A stretch of 64,000 nt of DNA from an uncultured archaeon. GTDB taxonomy: Archaea > Thermoproteota > Bathyarchaeia > TCS64. This document shows, in pieces, positions 29,096-38,813 of this stretch (positions within the stretch are counted from its first letter, which is position 1; each line of letters starts with the position of its first letter). The DNA is taken from NCBI GenBank assembly GCA_938048735.1, contig CALIUM010000007.1, positions 60,786-124,785 on the forward strand, given 5' to 3'. Made by a program: the position numbers and the translations under genes. Under the pieces are notes generated by a model. That model made no database searches. It was not told the origin of the DNA and saw nothing but the letters and a program-made list of their open reading frames with translations.

Positions 29096-30164
29096 AGAGG
29101 CTGATAGGCAGAGGGAGATGACCGAGCTTGCCCTGAAGCAGCTGGGCAGCCTCGTCTACGAGCAGATAAGGGCTAGGGAGTTCCCTTGGATCATGATACA
29201 GAGCAGGTCAACCGACAATATAATCTATGATCAAGAACTCAAGCAGTATATACTGGGAGACCGCCTTATCAGGAGGCATTCCAGAAACATAGCCCACATC
29301 CGACCCTTCGCCCAGCTCATATGGACCGCCTGGTTTAGCAGGGAGCTCCTGAGGCATAGGAAGACAAGCACACTGAGGGAGGTCTACTACTCGGCGAGGG
29401 GGCAGAGGGATATAGAGTTCAAGGATCAGGACGAGTCGGACAACATCATAACAGACCTCGAGACGGCCCTGAGCAGGCCCAGGGAGGATTTCAACATCTA
29501 CCCCGAGGAGAGGAGCGCGATCTTCGGAGACCTCACCATTGAGTACACCGTCCCTGGGTACGAGGGTAAGAGGATGAACCTGACCGAGCATCCTGATGGG
29601 GTTATGATAGGCCCTGCCCTGACAAGCGCGGAGTTCATAGAGACATCGGCAGACAAGGTTCTAGTGATAGAGAAGGGGGCGATGTTCACTAGGCTAGTCG
29701 AGGAGAGGGCTCACGAGAAGTTCAACGCAATCCTGATCCATACAGCTGGTCAGGCGCCTCGATCCACGAGGAGCATAATCCAGAGGCTAAATCAGCTGGG
29801 GAAGATGCCTGTCTACATCTTCACGGATGGTGACCCATGGGGCGTCCACATAGCCATGGTGATCATCTCAGGCTCGGCGAACGCAGCCCACCTTAGGGGG
29901 CTCGCAACCCCGGATGCGAAGTGGATAGGGGTTTGGGCCACCGATATAGTAAAGTACCGTTTGCCCACGGAGAAGCTCACCGACATGGATATCAAGAGGC
30001 TCAAGGAGCTTAAGAAGGATCCGAGATATGGGGGGGAACTCTGGCAGAGGGAGATAGATCTATTCATTAAACTCGGGGTGAAGGCCGAGCTCGAGGCCTT
30101 CAGCCGCTATGGCCTGACATATATAGTGGACAAGTATCTTCCGGACAAACTGGAAGGGGCCTGA
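29076..30164 (+). CDS. top6A: DNA topoisomerase VI subunit A
   Basis: STLREVYY (catalytic Tyr), QDESD, IEK, FTDGDPWG toprim, KAELEA; probable TTG start 29076. Confidence 0.97.
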   Translation: MSGKAVREADRQREMTELALKQLGSLVYEQIRAREFPWIMIQSRSTDNIIYDQELKQYILGDRLIRRHSRNIAHIRPFAQLIWTAWFSRELLRHRKTSTLREVYYSARGQRDIEFKDQDESDNIITDLETALSRPREDFNIYPEERSAIFGDLTIEYTVPGYEGKRMNLTEHPDGVMIGPALTSAEFIETSADKVLVIEKGAMFTRLVEERAHEKFNAILIHTAGQAPRSTRSIIQRLNQLGKMPVYIFTDGDPWGVHIAMVIISGSANAAHLRGLATPDAKWIGVWATDIVKYRLPTEKLTDMDIKRLKELKKDPRYGGELWQREIDLFIKLGVKAELEAFSRYGLTYIVDKYLPDKLEGA

Positions 30165-30185
30165 CCACTGGTTTTATAGGGAGAA

Positions 30186-30404
30186 ATGGGCGTTGATGGT
30201 GGGATGTCAGAGGCTGAAGGCATAAACCCCGGATCCATCGCCATAAACCTACTCGGTCTGGTCATCCTGAGCATAGGCCTGTTCCTTGTCTATTCCTCCA
30301 TGCAGGTAAGGGAGATAGGGGTCTCAGGCCCAAGGATCATAACCCTAATAGGCCTAGTCATCGCTCTCATCGGGGGTACAATGATAATAGCTAGGAAATC
30401 CTAG
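30186..30404 (+). CDS. Small two-TM membrane protein
   Basis: Two hydrophobic helices, host-like codons. Confidence 0.7.
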   Translation: MGVDGGMSEAEGINPGSIAINLLGLVILSIGLFLVYSSMQVREIGVSGPRIITLIGLVIALIGGTMIIARKS

Positions 30405-30494
30405 CATGGTAAAGACTGGCACACCTCTAGCTGGATCATTAATGGTTTAACTTGGCAAAAACTTCTTAAAAAGAGTGGATGTTGAGTATTCGAG

Positions 30495-31595
30495 GTGAAT
30501 GGGTTGAAGGCCCTCATACTGGCTGGGGGCTTCGGCACCCGTCTGAGGCCCCTCAGCTGCACGAGGCCAAAGCTCCTATTCCCAGTCGCCGGAAAACCCG
30601 TAATAGACTGGATCCTCCAGGGCCTCTCTAAGGTCGGGGTTGAGACGGTGATCCTAGCAGTCAACTACATGGCCGAGTCATTTGTAAGATATCTAGGCCC
30701 CACAAAGTTCAACGTCGGGATCCTCTACTCGAGGGAGGCTAGGCCTATGGGGACTGGAGGGCCCATCAAGATGGCGGAGAGCCTCCTCAGGGACAGCGAC
30801 ATGTTTCTGGTTCTAAACGGTGACGTCCTATCAGACCTGGACTACAGACGCCTAATCCAATTCCACGTGGAGAAGGGTGGTCTAGCGACGATCGCACTTT
30901 ACAGGGTGGAGGATCCCAGCCGCTACGGCTCGGTGGAGGTTGACGGGGAGGGGAGGATAATGAGATTCGTGGAGAAGCCTGAGCCAGGTAAGGCCCCAAG
31001 CAACCTTGTAAACGCGGGGATATATGTCTTCAACAGGGAGGTCTTAGAGTACATCCCCCCTGGGAGAAGGGTCTCCACCGAGAGGGAGGTCTTCCCCAAC
31101 CTGGCGAAGGATGGAACCTTATATGGATATGAGGTGAAGGGCCTATGGATCGACATAGGCATACCGGAGGACTATCTGGCCGCGAATCGCCTCCTCCTCT
31201 CAAAACCTGAGGTTGGCCAGATCGCTGAGGGGGCAGATATCGATGAGGGGGCGAAGATCCTCCCCCCGGTCCATGTAGGAAGGGGCGTCGAGATAGGGGA
31301 AGACTCCGTCATCGGCCCTTACACCTCGATAGGGGAGGATGTATATGTGGGGAAGGGGTGCAGGATCGAGGGCTCGATAATCTTCCCAGGGGCGATAATA
31401 GGGGATCACACATCCATTAGGAATGCTATAGTTGGAGAGAACGCCACAATTGAGAGGTGGGTTAAGATCGAGAGTGGAAGCCTGATAGGAGACTATGCAG
31501 AGATAGCAGACGGCGTGACCATAACCCACGACGTCACCATCTGCCCCTCAAAGAGGGTGGAGGAGAGCATACTAGAGGTTCATCAAGTGATGTAG
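30495..31595 (+). CDS. NDP-sugar pyrophosphorylase (mannose-1-phosphate guanylyltransferase-like) with left-handed beta helix
   Basis: LAGGFGTRLRPL...PK, GTGG, NGD, FVEKP, WIDIG, hexapeptide repeats. Confidence 0.92.
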   Translation: MNGLKALILAGGFGTRLRPLSCTRPKLLFPVAGKPVIDWILQGLSKVGVETVILAVNYMAESFVRYLGPTKFNVGILYSREARPMGTGGPIKMAESLLRDSDMFLVLNGDVLSDLDYRRLIQFHVEKGGLATIALYRVEDPSRYGSVEVDGEGRIMRFVEKPEPGKAPSNLVNAGIYVFNREVLEYIPPGRRVSTEREVFPNLAKDGTLYGYEVKGLWIDIGIPEDYLAANRLLLSKPEVGQIAEGADIDEGAKILPPVHVGRGVEIGEDSVIGPYTSIGEDVYVGKGCRIEGSIIFPGAIIGDHTSIRNAIVGENATIERWVKIESGSLIGDYAEIADGVTITHDVTICPSKRVEESILEVHQVM

Positions 31596-31790
31596 ATAAC
31601 TCAAATATAATTCAGCGCCACCAAATTTATCGAATATATCGAAAAGAAACTAAAAGAAGTCAAATAATTTTAAAATTAGCTTAATGGATCATAAGACATC
31701 AAAATATTTGGATCTATTTTATTGACTCAGTTTTAATCCATTTGAGATAGATTTTTTAAGATAGATATGATTTAGATCAGTGATTGAGCT

Positions 31791-33149
31791 ATGGGAAGGC
31801 TCTTCGGCACTAATGGGGTAAGAGGGGTTGTGAACAGGGAATTGACCGCAGAGATGATCCTGAGACTGGCCTCCGCAGCCAGTTTCCTCCTCGGAAAGAA
31901 TATAGCCCTGGGGAGGGATGGAAGGACAAGCAGCCTGATGTTCAGGGAGGCTGCCATTTCAGGCCTACTCTCAGCGGGATGCACGGTATACGATATGGGA
32001 ATCCTACCAACCCCAGCCCTGCAGTTCTCCGTGAAACAATACGGCCTAGATGGGGGGCTTATGCTGACAGCCTCCCACAACCCCCCCGAGTTCAACGGAT
32101 TGAAGGTGATAGCCCGAGACGGGGTTGAGGTTCCAAGGGAGGTTGAGGAGGAGATAGAAGCCCTATATTTTGGGGGCGGCCCAACCCTATGCTCCTGGGA
32201 TGAGGTGGGAAGGGTTCAAAGCGTTAATCCCCTAGAGGCCTATGAAACAGCAGTTCTAAGCCATGTCGACATCGAGCTGATAAGGAGGTCTAGGTTTAGG
32301 GTCGCGATAGATCCAGGAAACGGCGTCTCAGCATTCACAGCCCCTTCGGTGGCGAGGAGGCTCGGCTGCTTCGTCCTTTCAATAAACGCAGAGCTGGATG
32401 GAAGGTTCCCCGGGAGGGGATCTGAGCCAAGGCCTGATAACCTTGAAGGCCTGAAGGCGCTCGTTGAGGCTTCGGGTGCAGATGTAGGGGTTGCCTTTGA
32501 TGGAGATGGTGACAGGGCCATATTCGTTGACGAGATGGGGGAGGTGCACTGGGGGGATAGATCCTTCGCCTTGATCGCGAAGAGCTTCATAGCCAGAAAC
32601 CCGGGAGAGGCCGTGGCCACGCCCGTAAGCTCATCCAGGGTTGTGGAGGATGTGGTTAAGGGTGGAGGTGGGAAGATCATCTACACAAGGGTTGGCAGCG
32701 TGACCGTCTCAAGGACAATGGTTGAGTCGGGCATAAAGCTTGGGGGGGAAGAGAACGGGGGGATATTCTACGCACCCCACCTCCCCGTGAGGGATGGAAC
32801 CATGGCGATGGCCCTCATCCTCGATATAATGGCCAGGGAGGGAAAACCCCTCTCCCAGCTCTTCGGGGAGCTACCGAGATACCACCAGATGAAGGAGAGG
32901 ATCCCCTGCCCAAACCACCTAAAGGAAAGGGTGATGGAATCCATTAAGGGGATGGTGGAAGCCTCAAAGGTGGAGACGATAGATGGATTAAAGCTCTGGT
33001 ACGACGACGGGAGCTGGATCCTCATAAGGCCCAGCGGGACAGAACCCATACTTAGACTCTACGCGGAGGCTGAAGAACCGAGCAAGGTATCCTACCTGAT
33101 CGAAAGGCATAAAAGGCTTGTGGGGGAGGCGATAGAATCCCTAAGATGA
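31791..33149 (+). CDS. glmM: Phosphoglucosamine mutase / phosphohexomutase
   Basis: FGTNGVRG, TASHNP, DGDGDR, GEENGG, RPSGTEP. Confidence 0.92.
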   Translation: MGRLFGTNGVRGVVNRELTAEMILRLASAASFLLGKNIALGRDGRTSSLMFREAAISGLLSAGCTVYDMGILPTPALQFSVKQYGLDGGLMLTASHNPPEFNGLKVIARDGVEVPREVEEEIEALYFGGGPTLCSWDEVGRVQSVNPLEAYETAVLSHVDIELIRRSRFRVAIDPGNGVSAFTAPSVARRLGCFVLSINAELDGRFPGRGSEPRPDNLEGLKALVEASGADVGVAFDGDGDRAIFVDEMGEVHWGDRSFALIAKSFIARNPGEAVATPVSSSRVVEDVVKGGGGKIIYTRVGSVTVSRTMVESGIKLGGEENGGIFYAPHLPVRDGTMAMALILDIMAREGKPLSQLFGELPRYHQMKERIPCPNHLKERVMESIKGMVEASKVETIDGLKLWYDDGSWILIRPSGTEPILRLYAEAEEPSKVSYLIERHKRLVGEAIESLR

Positions 33150-33839
33150 CATGACCCTAGCTCCATCAGCAAGCTCCATGAGAACCCCCAGGGGATCCGC
33201 AGCCCTGACCACACCGCTCGCCAGGAGAACCCCCTCAGCCCCCAGCCTCAACGCCGCGGAGACATCCTCGCCCCTGGAGATCCCAGCCCCACATAGAACC
33301 CTTATACCCGTTTCCAGACCCTTTATGGCTTGAACCGCACCAGAGACAACCTCGGGCCTAGCCCTTGAGACGGGTATACCAGTTCCAATAAGCTCAGGAG
33401 GCTCGATCGCTATAACATCGGGTTTGAAGGAGGCTACGGCCTCCGCCTTTCTCACCGAGTCTGCGCAAACAACTGGCATCAGGCCCACCTCCCTAACCCT
33501 TCTAACAGTCGCCTCTATAGCCTCAAGCCCTAAGGGCCTCTCAGAGTGGCTGATAAGGGTGCCGACGCAGCCAGCATCAACCACGGCCTCAGGGGGAATA
33601 TGCCCAGTGAACTGGCCTTGACCTACTGGATCCACATGTTGAGAGAATACTGGTATCTCCACGGACATAGCCACAAACCTGAGATCCGTTGCCTGGGGCG
33701 CGACCGCGAAGCAGACCCCGGTCCTTCTGGAGGCCTCCTCGGCCAGTAAAGCGATTCTAAGAGCTCCCCTTCCAGTCGCCTCCCTAAAGGTCTTATAATT
33801 TATCAATATCAGCGGGAATCTTATTTTTGATTGAGCCAA
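33141..33839 (-). CDS. tpiA: Triosephosphate isomerase (archaeal type)
   Basis: INYKT, QHVD, HSE, AIEPPELIG.G, CGAGI, GVLLASG. Confidence 0.96.
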   Translation of the reverse strand: MAQSKIRFPLILINYKTFREATGRGALRIALLAEEASRRTGVCFAVAPQATDLRFVAMSVEIPVFSQHVDPVGQGQFTGHIPPEAVVDAGCVGTLISHSERPLGLEAIEATVRRVREVGLMPVVCADSVRKAEAVASFKPDVIAIEPPELIGTGIPVSRARPEVVSGAVQAIKGLETGIRVLCGAGISRGEDVSAALRLGAEGVLLASGVVRAADPLGVLMELADGARVMSS

Positions 33840-33946
33840 ATCCTACACCTCTTGTTTATTTACTTCCACTTCCTCATAAGCTCTGTTATTTTTGCATTAC
33901 TGGGAAGCCTGATCTGGCAGAGGTGTTTCCGATGTTTAAACCCCAT

Positions 33947-34426
33947 TCACGGGTCGCGATGAACATCTTCCAATCCTTCTAATGGCCTCAAGCTGCACAT
34001 TATGGTTTTGACTGCTTCCTCTATGCTGAAGGTGCCTGTATCTATGCGAATGTCAGGGGTTTCAGGTCTCTCAAACTCTCTCCACGATTCTCACCGCCCT
34101 CTCCGGTATGGCCCTCTCCCTCCTCCGGTTCCTCTCGAGGCAGATCTCGAGGGGGCATTCCAGTAAGACTGTTAGGATCCTCTCCCCCTTCAATTCCAGC
34201 TCCATTATCCTCTTCCTGTAGGCTCCTTGTAGAAGGTGGCATCGAGGACGAGATACCTTTGCTTTCCTAGCCTCCTCTCGACCTCTCTGAGCATCCCCTC
34301 ATAAACCCTCCTCTTGAACCGTTCAGATGAGATTATCAAGGCATCTTCGAGCCTTTCCGCCAATCTCTCCGCTATCGATGTCTTCTCAGCTCCAACGGGA
34401 CCGCATAGGAGGATGATCAAATCCAC
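33947..34426 (-). pseudogene. Frameshifted P-loop small-molecule kinase (CysC/AAA_33-like)
   Basis: Three frames join into IILLCGPVGAEKT...LDATFYK / RILTVLLECPLEICLERNRRR / EFERPETPDIRIDT; two frameshifts plus Walker A GK to EK. Confidence 0.8.
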
Positions 34427-34485
34427 TCGACCCTCATCGGGAATTCTTATTTCGAGCAATATGGCTCAAAGGGTCTTCGGCTTCT

Positions 34486-35610
34486 TTAGCCTAGGATCTC
34501 TTCCACCATATTTTCGACCATCTCAGCTATGGCCGGGGATGCAGTTAGGCCTGGGGACTCTATCCCGATGAGGTTGATGAAGCCTGGGAAGCCCTTATCC
34601 TCCTCATGCCTTATGACAAAGTCCCTGAAGGGCTGACCTGGCCCCTGGAGCTTCGCCCTTATCCCAGCCATATCTGGGTGTAGGTCCTCCCTCCTTATGG
34701 ATGGTAGGTATTTTATTATATCCCTCCAGAACTCCTCGACCCCTGACTCCACCCTGTAGTTTATCTCCTTTACGTAGTATGCGTTGGGGCCGAACTTTAT
34801 GCGGCCTGTGAGGTCCGGTGTCGCATGGATCCCAAGCCCAGCTCCGCCCTTCGGGGGTTCGGGATATATGAGCATCTTGACCGGAGGCCTTCCAGATAGG
34901 CTGAAGTAATCCCCCTTACATGGGTGGATCCTATAACCCTCCCTATCGGCGTCTATCCCCACCATCTCCGCCACCCTATCTGCGTGGAGCCCAGCGGAGT
35001 TTATCACCACCCTAGCCTCTACTGAGGCTCGCCCTTCAACCCCAACTATCTCCACCCTATATCCGTCCCCTTTGGGTTCGATGCCGACTACCTCTGTCCC
35101 GAGGATGAGGGGGTCCACACCGCTGTTTCTCCTGGCTTTCCTGTAGAAGTGGTCCATGAGGGCGTGGGCGTCGAGGATCCCTGTGGATGGGGAGTAGATG
35201 GCTCCAATAGCTCTAACCTCGGGCTCAAATCTACGGATCATCTCTTCGTCGATCATCTCCAGTCCCTCAGCCCCGTTCTCCCTCCCCTGGCGGTAGAGGC
35301 CCTCTATAGTCTTCATCTCCTCCTCGTTCGTGGCTACGATCAGCTTCCCAAGCCTCTTGTGGGGTATCCTGTTCTCCCTGCATATGCTGTAGAGCATCCT
35401 GTTCCCCTTGACGCATAGCTCAGCCTTCAGAGACCCCTTGGGATAGTAGATGCCTGCATGGATGACCTCGCTGTTCCTGCTGCTGGCCCCCATCCCATAT
35501 CTCTCCTCCCTCTCGACTATGAAGAGGTCCCTATCCCTTCTAGCCAGCTCGGAGGCTATGGCCAGCCCAACAACCCCAGCGCCTACCACCAATATGTCGA
35601 CCTTCTCCAT
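34486..35610 (-). CDS. FAD-dependent oxidoreductase, L-2-hydroxyglutarate oxidase (LhgO) family
   Basis: GAGVVG, SSRNSEVIHAGIYY..GSLKA, NSAGL.AD, GIESPGLTASPAIA. Confidence 0.88.
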   Translation of the reverse strand: MEKVDILVVGAGVVGLAIASELARRDRDLFIVEREERYGMGASSRNSEVIHAGIYYPKGSLKAELCVKGNRMLYSICRENRIPHKRLGKLIVATNEEEMKTIEGLYRQGRENGAEGLEMIDEEMIRRFEPEVRAIGAIYSPSTGILDAHALMDHFYRKARRNSGVDPLILGTEVVGIEPKGDGYRVEIVGVEGRASVEARVVINSAGLHADRVAEMVGIDADREGYRIHPCKGDYFSLSGRPPVKMLIYPEPPKGGAGLGIHATPDLTGRIKFGPNAYYVKEINYRVESGVEEFWRDIIKYLPSIRREDLHPDMAGIRAKLQGPGQPFRDFVIRHEEDKGFPGFINLIGIESPGLTASPAIAEMVENMVEEILG

Positions 35611-35752
35611 CAGGCCTTCAGATAGAAACACGCGAGGGATAAGTGTTTCCCGCTGACTAAATCGGGCTTTCAAGTAGAGACATAAAAAACCAGATATTCA
35701 AATGACTTTTCTCATTTTTCGTTTGAGAAATAAAAATTAGTCATTAGATCCC

Positions 35753-36901
35753 TTAGATTACCCTTTCACTCCTAAGCTCCTCTATCTTTTCCTTCGTGTA
35801 GCCTAAGAGGTTTGTCAGGATCTCCTCAGTATGTTGTCCGAGGGTTGGGGATGGCGTGATGGGGAACTCGCTGATCTCGGAGAATTTCACGGGGAAGCTT
35901 GGAACCTTTATCCTTCCAAGCTTGGGGTGCTCCACCTCTGTGAAGACGCCTCGGGCTAATAGGTGGGGCTCCTTCACCACCTCGTCAATGTTCAGGACCG
36001 GTGCCACGGGTACATCGGCCTTTACAAGTATATCCACCACCTCCCTGACCGTCCTGTCTTTAACCCACTCCCTGAACATCTCCACATTCACCTCTTCGAC
36101 CCCCAGGGCTTTAGCCAGCCTTTCCATTATGGATCCCCTCGTCGCCAGCACCGCGACATACCCATCCATGGCCCTGAAGAAGCCCCCAACACTCACCTGT
36201 CCCAGCCCCCTCCTCTTCCTCCTAGCCTCCAAGGGGGTTAGACCTCCAGCCGTGTATGTGACTATGGCTTGAGACGCGAGGGAGACCATGCAGTCTGCCT
36301 GCGCCACATCTATCCACTGCCCCTTCCCCGTCTTGTCCCTGTATCTAAGGGCTGAGACTATGCTGAGGGCTGCGAAGAGGGCTGGGCCCAGGTCACCATA
36401 GGCCTGAGGCGAACCCCTAGGCTCACCCTCCTCATCCTCCTCTAGGCCTGCCATGTACGCATGGCCCGTGATCGCCTCCGCTATGGAGAAGTATGAGGGC
36501 CTTCTGGCGTATGGACCTGTCTGGCCGAAGCCGCTCAGGCTGGCGTATATTATGTCCGGCCTCACACCCCTCAACACATCGTATCCTAGGCCTAGCCTCT
36601 CCATGGTGCCAGGGGTGAAGTTCTCCACCACCACATCCGAGAGCTTGACTAGCTCCAGGAATATCTCCTTCCCCTTGGGATGCTTCAGGTCTAGGGTAAG
36701 ATCCTTCTTGTTCAGGTTCATCGATATGAAGGTGGGGCTCTCATTCTCTATTAGGGGAGGGAAGAACCTGGTCATCTCCCCCCAAGGTGGCTCGACCTTG
36801 ATAACCTCAGCCCCTAGATGGGCTAGGAGCATGGTGCAATAAGGTCCGAACCAGACATGGCTCAAATCCAGGATCCTAGTGTCTTCCAAAGGCCTCCTCA
36901 T
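35753..36901 (-). CDS. CoA transferase, CaiB/BaiF (family III)
   Basis: LDLS....GPY....LA.LGAEVIKVEPP, VENFTPG.MERLGL, SGFGQTGPY, catalytic Asp in YGD. Confidence 0.93.
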   Translation of the reverse strand: MRRPLEDTRILDLSHVWFGPYCTMLLAHLGAEVIKVEPPWGEMTRFFPPLIENESPTFISMNLNKKDLTLDLKHPKGKEIFLELVKLSDVVVENFTPGTMERLGLGYDVLRGVRPDIIYASLSGFGQTGPYARRPSYFSIAEAITGHAYMAGLEEDEEGEPRGSPQAYGDLGPALFAALSIVSALRYRDKTGKGQWIDVAQADCMVSLASQAIVTYTAGGLTPLEARRKRRGLGQVSVGGFFRAMDGYVAVLATRGSIMERLAKALGVEEVNVEMFREWVKDRTVREVVDILVKADVPVAPVLNIDEVVKEPHLLARGVFTEVEHPKLGRIKVPSFPVKFSEISEFPITPSPTLGQHTEEILTNLLGYTKEKIEELRSERVI

Positions 36902-37130
36902 GGATGTATCTCCATTTACCTTTAAAGGCAATATAAAAAGATTAGCTGAAAGAAAAAGTACAGATCATCACATAATATACATAATATATGATTCGAACTC
37001 GGCATCTTATATAACTCTTTAAATGAGGTTGAAAACGTAAATTTATAGATAGAATGAAAGGGCACATTCATACTTATAAGTCTTCAGAACTTTAATTCTG
37101 CCTATTAGCCTTCCTTCCATGCGATAAATT

Positions 37131-37152
37131 TATGGATAAGGGGTTATCCATA
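37131..37152. promoter_or_regulatory. Perfect inverted repeat between the divergent CoA transferase and LigD-PE genes
   Basis: TATGGATAA-GGGG-TTATCCATA, 9-bp arms. Confidence 0.5.
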
Positions 37153-37233
37153 TAGATTCTATCTAGGTTTGATGAGGGAATCCTCGATGCTAGGGGACAG
37201 GGAAATATAGGGCTTCATCGTCTCTAGCTATCG

Positions 37234-37617
37234 ATGGTTGAGACAGGCCGCCAGAGATTTGTGGTTCATGAGCATCATGCCACTCACCTCCACTGGGACT
37301 TCAGGTTAGAGTTGGACGGGGTCCTTAAGAGCTGGGCGGTTCCCAAGGAGCCTCCTACCCAGCCGGGGGTTAGGAGGCTGGCCGTGGAGGTTGAGGATCA
37401 CCCCTTGAGCTACATAGACTTCCAAGGGGTTATCCCTGAGGGGATGTATGGAGCGGGGACCGTGAAGATCTGGGATAAAGGAGTATACATCTTAGAGAGC
37501 AGGAAGCCTGACAAGCTCGTATTCGAGCTCCAGGGGGAGAGGATGAGGGGGCGCTACACCCTACTAAGATTCACGGATAAGCCTCAGAACTGGCTCCTAT
37601 TCAAGGCGAAAGGCTGA
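37234..37617 (+). CDS. Stand-alone LigD 3'-phosphoesterase (PE) module
   Basis: FVVHEHHATHLHWDFRLE.DGVLKSWAVPK, RLAV.VEDH...Y..F.G.IP.G.YGAG.V.IWD.G. Confidence 0.95.
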   Translation: MVETGRQRFVVHEHHATHLHWDFRLELDGVLKSWAVPKEPPTQPGVRRLAVEVEDHPLSYIDFQGVIPEGMYGAGTVKIWDKGVYILESRKPDKLVFELQGERMRGRYTLLRFTDKPQNWLLFKAKG

Positions 37618-37705
37618 GGGTTTGGAGGCTCAAGGATAGCGTAAGTGCCTATGAAAGCCGATTAATGTTAAATATACTTCTGAAGAGATCTTAGTAACGG
37701 TTCTT

Positions 37706-38671
37706 ATGCTGAGGGAGACGGCTAGGATTCTGGCTGAGGCTGGTCTCCCCCTAGGAGATGCCTACGATCTGCCGACCTCCCCCCTCACCTTCCCCGATGG
37801 GGCCAACTATAGGATAGAGATATCGGGAATCGAGCGCCTATCGGTTCTCCATGCCCTTGTGGAAGAGATGGATAGGAGGGATGTCCCAGTTCATAGGGTC
37901 ATATCCACAGTAATGGGGGCCACCATCCTGAGCGACGGGGAGCTGGAGGAGTTCGCTGAGGTTGCAAGAGAGGCGGGGCTTGAGGTGATCCTCACACCTG
38001 GGCCGAGGGCCCTCTGGGACATCGGGAGGCAGGCCGCGACCCCTGAGGGCTCCCTCAGTGGTGTCAGATACAGGGGGATGAAGGGGCTGATAGAGGTTGT
38101 TGAGGAGATCCTCCACCTCATCGATCTAGGCTTCAGGGGCTTCCTAATCACCTGCGAGGGAGGCCTATGGGCCCTGAACGAGCTTAGAAGGTCAGGATAC
38201 ATCCCAAGAGATGTCGTCTTCAAGGCCTCAATATTCATGGGCCACGCGAATCCAGCTGGGGCCAAGGTCCTAGAGATGCTTGGAGCCGACACATTCAACC
38301 CGGTCGCCGACCTGACCCTACCCCAGCTTGCGGCCTTAAGGAAGGCTGTTAGGATACCCATAGACATCCATGTATCCATATTCGATTCTTGGGGTGGTTT
38401 TAACAGGATTTATGAGACTCCTGAGATGGCTAGGGTGTGCTCCCCCTGCTACTTCAAGATAGAGCCCGGCCCAAGCGTCTCAGCTCTATACAAGCCATGG
38501 GGAAGCGGTCTAGAGAGGCTGGCGAAGGAGAAGGTAACATACGCAGAACGAATTATCCGACTGGTGGAGGAGAACTGGCCGGAAGGGAAGATCTCAAAGG
38601 TTGGAGCAACCGACCTAGCTATACCAAAGATAGGAAGTAGAAAAACAAAAGCCAATAATTTTACTACATAA
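37706..38671 (+). CDS. Uncharacterised TIM-barrel protein (possibly peptidase-U32-like)
   Basis: Long clean ORF with alternating beta/alpha pattern; family assignment tentative. Confidence 0.6.
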   Translation: MLRETARILAEAGLPLGDAYDLPTSPLTFPDGANYRIEISGIERLSVLHALVEEMDRRDVPVHRVISTVMGATILSDGELEEFAEVAREAGLEVILTPGPRALWDIGRQAATPEGSLSGVRYRGMKGLIEVVEEILHLIDLGFRGFLITCEGGLWALNELRRSGYIPRDVVFKASIFMGHANPAGAKVLEMLGADTFNPVADLTLPQLAALRKAVRIPIDIHVSIFDSWGGFNRIYETPEMARVCSPCYFKIEPGPSVSALYKPWGSGLERLAKEKVTYAERIIRLVEENWPEGKISKVGATDLAIPKIGSRKTKANNFTT

Positions 38672-38813
38672 AAGTAACATAAAAATTTTACTAGATATAG
38701 CTAGATCTAGAGCTTTCAAAAAGTAAAATAAAACTCTTTCTATTAAATCTCGTAAAATTCTATGGAAGTTTATTAGATAAATTTATATAAACTCAGTTCG
38801 AGAAAATGGTTCA

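Noticed and set aside
37131-37152. TTATCCATA as DnaA boxes or a replication origin
   Set aside because: Archaeal context, only two imperfect copies, no cdc6/orc1 or ORB elements nearby
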